Positions 1 through 12,199 of a stretch of DNA of 64,000 nucleotides are shown one piece after another. Where the stretch lies: positions 45,694,001-45,758,000 of the forward strand of contig CM060731.1 of the NCBI GenBank assembly GCA_030704615.1, read 5' to 3'. The notes under the pieces are model-generated. The model had not been told where the DNA came from, did no database searches, and saw only the letters and a list, made by a program, of their open reading frames with translations. This DNA is from Takakia lepidozioides. Its lineage: Eukaryota > Plantae > Bryophyta. Position 1 is the stretch's first letter, and each line of letters starts with the position of its first letter. The position numbers were made by a program, and so were the translations under genes.

Positions 1-3000
1 CCATGAACAAACTCGGCCTCCAGCTTGAGAATGTCTTTGACAAGAGGTGGACGAACGACGGGCATGGAAACCAACCTACACAGGGGAATCTTCAACCTCC
101 CACCAGGAGCAAGCATACTTTGAACCACAAGCTGAGAGTTCACCTTTTGACCCCCCAGCATCTCAGTGGCTTTGCTTTCATAAAACTCATCGTCAACATC
201 AACTATGGTCTCCTTCCCCTGACCCTGAGGGACCTCATCCGCCACACTTTGCATTTTCGCCTGCAAGGTTGTTCACTCAAATTCTTATAAGAGAGGAATG
301 AAACGTCGACTGATGCATGAAAAGTGGGATCAAACAGGTAAGTGTTCTTTGAGCTGCCAGGTAAGTGTTCATTGATCCTCATGGACCTGCCCTATGTTCC
401 CGATTTTCACAGGGAAAGAACATTGAAAAGTTCTGCTCAAACAGTGTGCGTTGCCGCACACTTTTGAGCTGGCAGTAAAGGATTCATTTCATCCTCAGAT
501 ATGTGCCCATGAGGGCCGAAGGTTGCGCCCTTCAATATTGATATGTTCTGCCTAAACAGTGTGCGGTTCCGCAGACTGTTTGAGCTGACCGTGAAGAGTT
601 CATTTTATCCCCAGAAATATTACACTGAAGACCAAATTTTGCACCCTAAAACATTGAAATGTTCAGCTCAAACAGTGTGCGTTGCCGCACACTGTTTGGG
701 CTGACAGTGAAGGGTTCATTTCATCCTCACATAGGTGCCCCTGAAGTCCAAATTTTGCACCCAGAAACATTGAAATGTTCATCTCAAACAGTGTGCGTTG
801 CCGCACACTGTTTGGGCTGACAGTGAAGGGTTCATTTCATCCTCAAACAGGTGCCCCTGAAGTCCAAATTTTGCACCCAGAAACATTGAAATGTTCAGCT
901 CAAACAGTGTGCGTTGCCGCACACTTTCTGAGCTGGCAGTGAAGGGTTCATTTCACCCCCAGATAACAGACAGCAAGACCAAATTTTGCACCCTAAAACA
1001 TTGAAAAGATCTGCTCAAACAGTGTGCGTTGCCACACACTGTGTGAGCTGGTTGTGAAGGGTTCATTTCAACCTCAGATAACAGACAGCAAGACCAAATT
1101 TTGCACCTAAAACATTGAAATGTTCAGCTCAAACAGTGTGCGTTGCCGCACACTGTTTGGCTGACAGTGAAGGGTTCATTTCATCCTCACATAGGTGCCC
1201 CTGAAGTCCAAATTTTGCACCCTGAAACATTGAAATGTTCAGCTCAAACAGTGTGCGTTGCCGCACACTATTTGGGCTGACAGTGAAGGGTTCATTTCAT
1301 CCTATTATAGGTGCCCCTGAAGTCCAAATTTTGCACCCTGAAACATTGAAATGTTCAGCTCAAACAGTGTGCGTTGCCGCACACTGTCTGAGCTGGCAGT
1401 GAAGGGTTCATTTCACCCTAAGATAGGTGCCCCTGAAGTCCAAATTTTCCACCCTGAAACATTGAAATGTTCAGCTCAAACAGTGTGCGTTGCCGCACAC
1501 TGTCTGAGCTGGCAGTGAAGGGTTCATTCACCCTCAGATAACAGACAGCAAGACCAAATTTTGCACCCTAAAACATTGAAAAGATCTGCTCAAACAGTGT
1601 GCGTTGCCGCACACTGTTTGAGCTGGTTGTGAAGGGTTCATTTCAACCTCAGATAACATACCCTGAAGACCAAATTTTGCACCCTAAAACATTGAAATGT
1701 TCAGCTCAAACAGTGTGCGTTGCCGCACACTGTTTGGGCTGATAGTGAAGGGTTCATTTCATCCTCAAACAGGTCACCCTGAAGTCCAAATTTTGCACCC
1801 AGAAACATTGAAATGTTCAGCTCAAACAGTGTGCGTTGCCGCACACTGTCTGAGCTCGCAGTGAAGGGTTCATTTCACCCCCAGATAACAGACAGCAAGA
1901 CCAAATTTTGCACCCTAAAACATTGAAAAGATCTGCTCAAACAGTGTGCGTTGCCGCACACTGTGTGAGCTGGTTGTGAAGGGTTCATTTCAACCTCAGA
2001 TAACAGACAGCAAGACCAAATTTTGCACCCTAAAACATTGAAATGTTCAGCTCAAACAGTGTGCGTTGCCGCACACTGTTTTGGCTGACAGTGAAGGGTT
2101 CATTTCATCCTCACATAGGTGCCCCTGAAGTCCAAATTTTGCACCCTGAAACATTGAAATGTTCAGCTCAAACAGTGTGCGTTGCCGCACACTCTTTGGG
2201 CTGACAGTGAAGGGTTCATTTCATCCTATTATAGGTGCCCCTGAAGTCCAAATTTTGCACCCTGAAACATTGAAATGTTCAACTCAAACAGTGTGCGTTG
2301 CCGCACACTGTCTGAGCTGGCAGTGAAGGGTTATTTCACCCTAAGATAGGTGCCCCTGAAGTCCAAATTTTGCACCCTGAAACATTGAAATGTTCAGCTC
2401 AAACAGTGTGCGTTGCCGCACACTGTCTGAGCTGGCAGTGAAGGGTTCATTTCACCCTAAGATAGGTGCCCCTGAAGTCCAAATTTTGCACCGTGAAACA
2501 TTGAAATGTTCAGCTCAAACAGTGTGCGTTGCCGCACACTGTCTGAGCTGGCAGTGAAGGGTTCATTTCACCCTCAGATAACAGACAGCAAGACCAAATT
2601 TTGCACCCAGAAACATTGAAATGTTCAGCTCAAACAGTGTGCGTTGCCGCACACTGTTTGGGCTGACAGTGAAGGGTTCATTTCATCCTCAAACAGGTCA
2701 CCCTGAAGTCCAAATTTTGCACCCAGAAACATTGAAATGTTCAGCTCAAACAGTGTGCGTTGCCGCACACTGTTTGGGCTGACAGTGAAGGGTTCATTTC
2801 ATCCTCACATAGGTGCCCCTGAAGTCCAAATTTTGCACCCAGAAACATTGAAATGTTCAGCTCAAACAGTGTGCGTTGCCGCACACCTCTTGGGCTGACA
2901 GTGAAGGGTTCATTTCATCCTATTATAGGTGCCTCTGAAGTCCAAATTTTGCACCCTGAAACATTGAAATGTTCAGCTCAAACAGTGTGCGTTGCCGCAC

Positions 3001-3983
3001 ACTGTCTGAGCTGGCAGTGAAGGGTTCATTTCACCCTCAGATAACAGACAGCAAGACCAAATTTTGCACCCTAAAACATTGAAATGTTCAGCTCAAACAG
3101 TGTGCGTTGCCGCACACTGTTTGGGCTGACAGTGAAAGGTTCATTTCATCCTCACATAGGTGCCCCTGCAGTCCAAATTTTGCACCCTAAAACATTGAAA
3201 TGTTCAGCTCAAACAGTGTGCGTTGCCGCACACTGTTTGAGCTGGCAGTGCAGGGTTCATTCCATCCTCAGAAAGGTGCCCCTGAAGTCCAAATTTCGCA
3301 CCCTAAAACATTGAAATGTTCAGCTCAAACAGTGTGCGTTGCCGCACACTGTTTGGGCTGGCAGTGAAGGGTTCATTTCACCCGCAGATAACTGACTCCA
3401 AGGCCAAATTTTGCACCTTAAAACATTGAGAAGACTTGCTCAAACAGTGTGCGTTGCCGCACACTGTTTGAGTTGGAAGTGCGGGGTTCATTTCATCCTC
3501 AGAAAGGTGTCGTTGAAGGAAGAATTTTGCACCCTTAAACAGTGACTTGTGCAGCTCAAACAGTGTGCGGCAACGCACACTGTTTGAGCTGCCACTGAAT
3601 GGTTCTTTCTTTCTCAAATACCTGCCATTGAAAGCCGAATTCTTCACAAATGTGGGTCCTGTAGATTTTACCTTTTTCGTAGGTACTCGAGAAGACTCCC
3701 CAGTTGCCGGGGACCCTTTCCGCTTCGGGCTGCTCTCTTCGCCGACTATGTAGGTGAGCCTCTCCCCCTTCCTCTTTCCCGTGGTCAGATTCTTCGTGAG
3801 GCCAGTGTCAACATCTTCCTCCATGTCGTCTGTCTCTCCCTCAGACGCAGTGTCCTCCTCGCCTGTTCCTGGAACTATGTTGGGTTGTTGTTCTTCTCCA
3901 GATTCCTGCTCCTCCATCGCCACACTTTCCTGTATTCCCTCTTCTTCCTCCTTTTCCTCTTCCTCCACTCTTTCCATCCTCAT
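1..3983 (-). CDS. Spliced gene with an acidic N-terminal exon and a ParB/Srx-like domain start; accessory gene of the MULE-like element, runs off the left edge
   Basis: Exon 1 3983-3672 (MRMERVEEEE...RVPTKK) ends at AAG|GTAAAA (GT at 3671). Acceptor ccttgcAG at 261. A phase-0 join gives open exon 2 (260-1): AKMQSVADE...GRLKIPLCRLVSMPVVRPPLVKDILKLEAEFVHG, resembling the start of a ParB-like N-terminal domain. Exon 2 is absent from the supplied ORF track. Confidence 0.6.
421..3600. repeat. Tandem array of ~28 x 115-116 bp units, each with a 40-bp palindrome CAGCTCAAACAGTGTGCG-ttgc-CGCACACTGTTTGAGCTG
   Basis: Period measured directly (gttc at 661, 777, 893). Consensus 18-bp inverted arms with a 4-nt loop; many copies carry one or two substitutions in the right arm. 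Units are degenerate at both array ends. Confidence 0.97.
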
Positions 3984-4916
3984 TCTATATCTAGCTCTAT
4001 TCCTGTTTCTAGAACTCGTGAAGTATAATGACTTCCTTCTCTTTCTCCTCCGCTGGAAACAAGGGCTCCCCACGATGCCCCTGGAGCTCTCCAGTTTGAC
4101 GTTTGCAACAAGTCCTGGTATCGCATGTAACAAAAATAAAAATGGACGTTGTCAACCGTATTTGGATGCGGGTGTTGATATTGTGTGCGAACGGAATTCA
4201 TCCATTTTGGCGTCTTTGCATTACCCAGCTAATAAAGCGCCGAAGAAAAAGAACATCCGTTGCATGCATTTGCGATATATGTCAGATGTACTTCGCCGCC
4301 TGCCAATACATGGCGGCCTCCTTGCCTTCTTTCAAATTCGAATGTGCCGTAGAAATGTAGTGCTTTTTCAATTCCGAGCAGTTCTTCCAGATTCGCAATA
4401 ATTGTTATGCTTCACATATGCATCCACGTGTGTTGTACTGCATGCCCTGTGGTTTTTTTTATGCCGTGACCGTCCCCATGGGGTCATTCGGTATAAAGGA
4501 TTTTGTCGGATATGACCATGTGTTGCACACATTCGTGCGAGGTATCTCTTGGAGTGTCAGTGTTTGTTCTGTGCTATTCTGGCGCAACACAATCTCATTA
4601 CAATCGGATCTTCCTGTTTACTGCTCTCCAGGGTTGTTGCCGTCATTTCATAATGGATGGTTTCATGTCATTTTCAGGGTTTGTTTTCCATCCAAAAACA
4701 GCACGGCTTCTTGTGGCTCTGGTCTTTCAAAACGGTTTTTCTGGTTGGTGGGAGGTGAAGGTGCACGTCATCCCTACATCCTTGGCATGCATCGCCGGCA
4801 GCCTTTGGTTTGGTGCTACCCTTGTTGACCTCAGTTTGCTGGTGGTATTTCCACTTTCGATAATTACGGGCTCTCAGTTCGGGGATTCCGTTCTGAATCG
4901 CCAGTTTCGTTCAGTG

Positions 4917-7900
4917 ATGGAAAACATGTCGAGGGAGCGAGATGCACTCGCTCGATTCCATTCCAATGCAGGTACTCTTCCACTGACTGCCACTGCAGAC
5001 GACGATGGGTATGCAGTTGTTCATGAGGATGAGCTGGTTACAGTGTTCCCGCTGGAGTTGGGTTCTCTGCTTGTTCAGAAAGAGGTGTATGACGATGATG
5101 GGAATTTGGATTCTGGGCACTTGGAGAAACCCTTGGTTGGCGAGTGTGGAAGGAAGTGGAGAGTCCTTCCAGGAACATACCGTGTCCTTGGAAAAGAGAG
5201 AAGACAATCAGCAGGATCAGTCGTTACCCCTGGCACTGCAGCATCGGTCGTGCAACAGAAGGGCACAGTTCCTGTGAAACAAGAGGTGAGCACATCCACT
5301 ACCTTCGTGACTCTTTCGGACTCGTCCTCGGAGGATGTTTCTGAGATTCCTCCGCCAGTGCAAACTCCCTTATTGCATGATGACGAATTGCAAGAGATAA
5401 CAAGTGTCATTCCAAAATTGAAAGCCCTCGCAGGTGTGCCTGGGTGCAAGAGCGAGCTACGTTTTGTTGATTGGGAGTCCCTTCCAGTGCAACGGGTTCA
5501 ATACGTGCCAGCTCAGTTTGATGGGGACATCTTGTTTGAGCTCAACCCTCCCACGTCTTCCAGTGGACTGGCTGGGCTTCTGCAGGGCATGGACAAGAAA
5601 CATGACGGACATCCTTGGTGCAGGACAAAAACGTCGAACATCCATAACGACATTGGCTTGAAATTTCGGAGGTCGGTTTGCGTTGGGCATTGCAAGTGCC
5701 TGAATATTTCTTGGCCCTCGGCTGAGAAACAGCGCTCAGCCAAACGAAAGTGAGTGGGAAGGTGTGCCCCTGAATCCTTTCACCCCAGGGCTTGCACCTC
5801 CCAAGACCAATACTTTTGTGTGCAGGTTCTGCAAACTTTCCCCGTCCTGTGTTTCTGTTTGCCACGCTCGTATGTATCAGGTGGCACATCGATGCAAGAC
5901 AATGACTCGTGCCTGCATTCATATGGGTGCACACGAGCATCCTGTGTCCAAAGGGAGTTGCAGGGATAGCGTGGACATCGCTAGAAATCTACTGAAGCAA
6001 GAGTTCCACAATGCCCCTTGTGCAACACCTTCTGCTATAGCGCTTGCAGCTAGCAAGGCATTCCTGGAAAAACACATACTGGGTGAAGGGGATGCGATAC
6101 AGCCAATGCTGGATGCAGATTCCCTTGAGGCAGTCATGGACCATTTCTCCGTGTTGAGCTCTCCCAATATTCGAAACCAGGTGAATGCACTCAGAATGGG
6201 CACAGGCACTGCTGGATTCATGGACAACATTATGGACCTCAAACGGAGGAGTCGCTATGAATTCATTCAAAACAGTATGTTCCCTGGCCAGGGCTCGTCC
6301 AAAGTGTATTTGTTCAAGATGTCCGCTGTGGGCCAAGGCAGTGGTGTGAGCATTGTCCGCCGAATGCAACCTGGAGGAGATTTGGCTAAATGTTGGTTAA
6401 TGTTTGATCACTGCAAACGGGTGAAGGGTTGGACAACCATGGCGTGCCATGTGTATGATCCAGCGTACCAGCGTGTGCTCTCCATAGCAATTTGTGATAT
6501 GCAGTCGGAGGACACTGAATCCCAGATGCTCATGTGGAATTCCCTCCTGGCCGTCATGCAGCGCAATGGAATACAGAACACAAATTTTGCGGGCTTCATG
6601 GCTGATAGTGCACAGGCAAATTTCAATGCAGTGCGGCGCGTGTTTGGTTCGGGGGATCCTAGGGTCCCAATGGAAAATAGGGAGCGCACATGCCTCTTCC
6701 ATTGGAGTCAATCTCTGGCACGTCATACAAAGCGCTGCATTCGCCCTGACCTTCAGTTGGAGCATAGAAGGCTCTGTCTGAAGTACAAGAATGCCACCTC
6801 AATGGGAGAAGCTGAGAGCACTTACCAGGCAATCCGGGCTTGGTGGTTCTCCTCTGGTGCTGCTACAGGTATCCACCTGAAGGAGTTGGAGGACTGGTTG
6901 GTTTTCTGGCACTTCAGGTACAGACAGTGGGGAGCTTTCATGACGACGGTAAGCCTCACAAGTTTTCCTTAAACACAAATTGCACTTTGCATCGTGCCTG
7001 TTCATTTGGGGTTGTTCGATTGTCACTTGAAGAACCTCTACCATTTCTTTTCCTTCCTCACATTTCCATGCAATGCCTCCTGCAGGACATGTCCTTGGAG
7101 GACTTGGCCGACATGCCATCGTGTAATTTGGCAGAGACTGTTCACAACGCCTGGATGCAACAGTCTACCAAAGCAGGTCGTGACTTGTATGTGGCCACTG
7201 CTGATGACATGGTGCGGGCACTTACACAACAAACCAGGTACCGCAATTTTCTGATGGGACGGGGTGGAGGGAAGGGCCCCGATACGACTTTGTTGATGCT
7301 AAGGGCTGCGAGTAGGTCCGGAGACCCGTCAAAGATGGCCAGAGCTCTAAACAGGTGCACTGAAGGCTCCCCTCTGCAATCCAGGCTCCCCCATTTGGAA
7401 GGCGAGGAAAGATTTGGATCATGCAAAAGGAAATTAAACACTCTTCCAGGGTCAGATGGAGATTCCCATAGGCCAGACAGGGTCAATTTCTCTGTGCCAA
7501 AGGTGTCTCCAGTGCAGACTAAGTCCTGTGCCGGCCCCTTCCCAGGTGGGTCCTCCTCCTGTGGAGCAGGTGCAGAACATGCAAGCATAGCAGCGGAAAT
7601 CCCATTGGAGGAGGTGGTGGCCATGGTGCAGGAATCTGATTGCATTGATAGTGACTGGCATATAGAACGCACCCCACCGGGATCTAGAGTGGCTTGCATG
7701 GCAATTCGGACCCCCTCATTCAAGAAATGCAAATCAAAAATATGCAAAGGCTCCAGGGGGACTCCAGCTCCAACATTCACAGGGTTGTTCCGACCTTACC
7801 ATAGTGGGGAGTCAAAAGAGCACAAGTTTTGGTTCTGCCCAGACGATATGGCACGATGCGTGAAGGGAACAGTTCGTCCTTCCGTGATAATGAAGCCCCC

Positions 7901-8498
7901 TCCCCCCGCAATTTGGCCTGTGAAAATTGGGACATCGCTGTCCTCAACCGAGATAAGCATGCTGGAGGAGGGAGGGTTTTGTCTTGCACGGTCCCGGGTG
8001 GTGCCCTTATGCACTGTCGGCACAGATGTGCCACATGCTCCGACAATGCCTCCACCCGGTGCCGACTCCCACCCAACAAAAAGAGATGGAAAAACAGTGC
8101 GCCGTGTTGCTTCGGGTGCAGATCACGAATGCAAGATGGAATCGGCTAGAATTTTGCAGGCTAGGGTGACTCGTATCACCAAAGTCCCTTCCCCGGGGTA
8201 TGGACGGATTTACACAGTGCTGTCAATTGGCTCAGTTCTTCATGCCAAAGAATATCAGGTTACCATCGGGAATTTCCCATCGTGCACTTGTCCGGATTTT
8301 GTAACAATGCGTGAGGGCGCTCTCGGCATGAGAGGGAAGTGGGTCCCCTGCAAGCATCAATATTACATATACCTTGTAATTATGTGTTGCGACGGTAAGA
8401 GAGACCAATTCATTCACCAAGCCACACTAGGCTACGGAGAAGTCATCACCCTTCTGCAGCGGGACACCTCGCGTAGAGCTCCGCCAACTTCTCTTTGA
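4917..8498 (+). pseudogene. MULE-like DDE transposase with Cys/His-rich N-terminal region and C-terminal SWIM zinc finger (one frameshift near 5720)
   Basis: LMFDH (D1), FMADSAQA (D2), CLFH (CxxH), intron 6949-7085 (ACG|GTAAGC...TGCAG|GAC), NLAETVH (E), SWIM CTC...CKH in ORF 6840-8498. Confidence 0.8.
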
Positions 8499-8899
8499 AC
8501 ACATACGAGCCATGCCCGCTTCCCATGCTGGTTTCCAGGTTGCCGTGTGAAGACTTTTCATTTTATGACAAACATATACATTTCGTTCACGGAACCAGGG
8601 CAAATGCACTTGCGATTCATTGTAAGCGTCTCTCTGTGAATTGAAATAAACTGTGTCAATCATTCTGAGCTCAAATCTGCCATATTTACATATTCCTCTT
8701 TTTTGGCACGCATTGCAGACATGGTGCATGGTGGCCTCCTTTGTTTTGTCCACGGTAATAGGCCCTCTTCCTGCAATCCTCGCCTATAGGACCTGCTTCT
8801 CCAGCAGATTCATGCCGCTCACGCTTCCCTGAAGCGTGAGCTCAGCTCACGCTTCAAAGCTTCAACGTGAGCTCAGCTCCCAGGCTCACGGGGCTGGGC

Positions 8900-11354
8900 T
8901 CACGCCGTAGCTACGCTGCTATAGACATTGTCTATAGTAGTTGTGGCAATGTTCTGCACCTGCAGCCTGAGCTCATTCATCTCGCCCTGGGTGAGCTTCC
9001 GTGGTGCTTTGCCTTCCACCGGCCTTTGTGCTAACCAGACTTGCATAAGGTGGTTATCCACCAAGTTGCGTGTGGCACCCCTTAGAGTTTGCTCCTCTGT
9101 GAGTCTGTACACATCTATCTGCTGCTGTAAAGCTTCCATGCGCTTTGCATGAGGTTCAACCAAACTCGCATAGGCAGCAGCCAGATTATTGGCCTCCTTC
9201 CAAGCCTTGTTAGCCACAGAGTTCATTTCTATTGGCCATGAGCGTTTGTTGCAATTCCAGGATGTACCTCTCTTGGGTAGCTTCAACCTGCCTGTATTGC
9301 TTGAAAGTATTTTCATTGCGACAGATTGTATTCTTCATATCAATAATGAGTTTTGTCTGCTCGACATTATCTGTCTGTGCCTTTATACATCTTTCCGCTT
9401 GGTTGTTAACTTCTTTTGTAGTTTGCTCAAGCGTAGTTATGAGTGTAGCACATTGTATGGCCATCCTGTCATGCACTATCTGCAACTCCGTATGTAGTGC
9501 ATTTACTTCTTGCAACTTGCTCTCATGTTTCACCTGCATTTGGTATAGCTGTTGCTTATGTGCTTCGTGCAACTGGTCCTGCGCGAGGCCTGCTTCAATC
9601 AAATGTTCCTTGGCCATCTGCAAAGCAGCTGTTGTATCTTCTAACTCTTGCTGTAACTTGAGAGTGACCTCCTTATCAACCTTGTTTGCACACTCAGTGG
9701 CAAGTCGAGCCTCAAACTCCTTCCTGAGTTCCTCCCTCAAAGCTGCCAATTGGGTAGATGGAACATGGGATTTCACATAAGTGCCCAACAAATTAAGTGT
9801 CCTGCTTATGGAACTCATAAGCATGGCCTGTTGAGGGTCCTCATGGTGAGTTTGCTGCTGTTCTCCCTGATCCTCAACAGTGTGATGCCTCACGAACCAT
9901 TCGAGCCATTGCCCTACCAGATTTTCTTCCTGAACCACCTCATCCACCACAGGTGCTGCAGTGTCTTGACATTCTCCCCCTTGTACCTCCATCACAGGTG
10001 TGGTTATTACATGCACAATAGGGTTTCCCCTGGACACTCGCTGCACCTCTGGAATCATTGTTTCCCTTATCAAGCCAGAATTTTCATAGAGAATGTCACC
10101 CTTCTCAATTTCGGCCACGACCTGCTCTGTAGTGGGAATGTCTAATCTTTCTCCTTCTTGAGCAATTGGGGGTGATGTCACAGCATATACTAACTGTGGA
10201 ACCTCTAAAACAACAGAGTCAATTGGTTGTGGTGGCTGTGACATCGAAGTGACTTCCTCCTCCCTCTCTGAAGGCCCTGCTTCCAATAATAGCAGCTCTC
10301 TGTGCTGCTGTGCCCCTTCCTGCACAAGAGCTTGGGAAACATTATCATGCGGTTTCCGTGAAGCCAGTGGATCCGCCACTACAGTCTTTCCCCGCCTCTG
10401 TCTCTTAGACTGGGGTTGCACTGCCAGTCCACCCTCACTGTGTAAAGAGCCTTGCTCTTCAATTGCAGTGGTTTCTGTTTCAAACACTTCCATCTCCTTT
10501 CTCTCCCGAGTATCAAGTATGCAAGAATCAAGAATTATTTGAGCAATGATTGGACTGGACACAATGATGGGAGACTTAGCAATAGTGCCCTGTAACCTCT
10601 TCATCTCGTCCACCAATCCGTTGTACATTAACTCCGCCCAAACGACATCCTCTTCCCTTAAAGCTTTCAGGATCTCCTCTGTGAAGGACTTGCTCAAATA
10701 TTGTTGGTTCTGTTTCATGGCAAACAGAACGTTCAAGATTTGGCCAACCTCCCTAAGCCCTGGGTACTCGGCTTTGTTACAAGCAAAACCTTGAGTTTTA
10801 AAGAAACTCCCCTCTTGGAACAAATTCCCTATCTGCAATCTTGCCCTGTGCTCATCCACCTCCACATGTCCTGATGGCAAATCAAACAGTTGCTGCAGGT
10901 ACTAAGGAGTAATTTCTATATCTACTCCCCTCACCTGAGTAACTCCTGTCCGAGGCTCAAAGTTTTGGAGAAATTGTATCATGAACTGCCGATGATGCAA
11001 GTACCAGTCTTTGCGTAGCAATCCCTCCAATCACAGCTCCTTCAGTAGCTGCACCGCCTGTGGTACAGCGATCGTTTGCTTCTGTAAGATTGTGGTGCTT
11101 TTCACCTTGATATCTTCCATTCCTCTCACTCTCTTCATTCTGGACAAACAGACAGGTTTTGGTTGCAACAACTGAAGAAACGCCTGCAGGGCACAAAGCA
11201 TAAAAGTGTAGTTGGCGCAGAATGAAATGGGTAAGCGCTTGTAAGCCTGCGGGGCTTGCAAGTAGCGATTTAGAGAAAATGTACTCTCCGTTCGTCTGTC
11301 CTTATGCCACTGCGTAAGTAGTAAGGCGAGCGTGTAGTCTGTTATTTCCGCCAT
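8900..11354 (-). pseudogene. Extra ORF downstream of pol (plant-transposon-protein-like N-terminus, acidic linker, long coiled coil)
   Basis: ORFs 11031-11354, 9210-10880 and 8900-9316 join through stops/frameshift: ...LEGLL...QFLQNF...VRGVDIEITP*YLQQLFDLP... followed by a heptad-rich C-terminus. Confidence 0.6.
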
Positions 11355-11860
11355 AGCTTCAAAGTTATAGCTTTGATTGTCTCTCCTGACAAGACGCCCG
11401 TTACTTGGAACGACGCCGACTCTTGCGCTCAGAATCCCTCCATTTTCTTGATTTCGCTTCTTGGAAATTACCCTCTGCAGCTCATGATTGGCTGTTGGTT
11501 GTGTGATTTGTTTTGTAATTTAATTTCCTTCCATGGATTTTCCACTCTGGACTGTCCACTAGGATAGCACATGTGACATGGATTTCGCTTTTCGGTACTT
11601 TTAAAGGGTTCCGTTACCCTTTCCCTGTATGCATTAATGGGCCCATAATAAGTTAATGTGCCTTGTAGGTACTTTGACGGCCAATTTTGTCTTCTTCCTT
11701 GATAACAGTCACTCTTGCAATCCATGTCCGGCTGTGTGTCTCGCCCTGGCATCCACGTGTCCATTTCTAAACGTGCCTCCGTCCACTTTTCCGCCGTCCA
11801 CTCTTCGGATGTTAACCCACGTCCACCTGTCACTGATCCTATGGATTGTGTAACCCCAGT

Positions 11861-12165
11861 AGGCTGTGTTGAGCTGTGACAGGCTGTGTCATACTGTGGT
11901 ACGCTGTGATAGGCTGTGTCGCACTGTGGTAAGCTGTGATAGGCTGTGTGACACTGTGATGGGCTGTGATAGGATGTGCCATACTGTGATGGGCTTCGAT
12001 AGGCTGTGTCGCGGCTTGATGGGCTGTGATAGGCTGTGCCACACTGTGATGGGTTGTAATAAGTTGTGCCACACTGTGATGGGCTGTGATAGGTTGTGTC
12101 GCGCTGTGATGGGCTGTGATAGGCTGTGTCGCACTGTGGTAAGCTGTGATAGGTTGTGTCACGCT
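11861..12165. repeat. 30-bp minisatellite (~10 copies; AGGCTGTGTCGCACTGTGATGGGCTGTGAT-like)
   Basis: Clear 30-bp period. Read through in frame in ORF 11468-12637 as TAYHSPSQCG repeats. Confidence 0.92.
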
Positions 12166-12199
12166 TGTACTGCCCGCCCTGGTCATATATGCTTGGCCT

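Larger units (their letters stand above)
1..8780. mobile_element. MULE/Mutator-like DNA transposon (partial; termini not seen)
   Basis: MULE-type transposase plus a divergent accessory gene. Left end is outside the window; right end abuts Gypsy sequence. Confidence 0.7.

Noticed and set aside
3-301. Plus-strand ORFs 3-290 and 47-301
   Set aside because: Shadow frames of the minus-strand exon, which has a good acceptor and protein-like sequence.
421-3600. CRISPR array
   Set aside because: Sequences between the palindromes are homologous variants rather than unique spacers, there are no cas genes, and the context is eukaryotic.
421-3600. 5S rDNA or tRNA array (unit ~116 bp)
   Set aside because: No similarity to 5S rRNA or tRNA; no Pol III boxes or spacer structure.
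3621-3621. Alternative minus-strand donor CAG|GTATTT
   Set aside because: Phase 2 in the exon-1 frame; joining to the acceptor at 261 gives an early stop.
3378-3671. C-terminal part of ORF 3378-4133
   Set aside because: Read-through past the splice donor into intronic repeat sequence.
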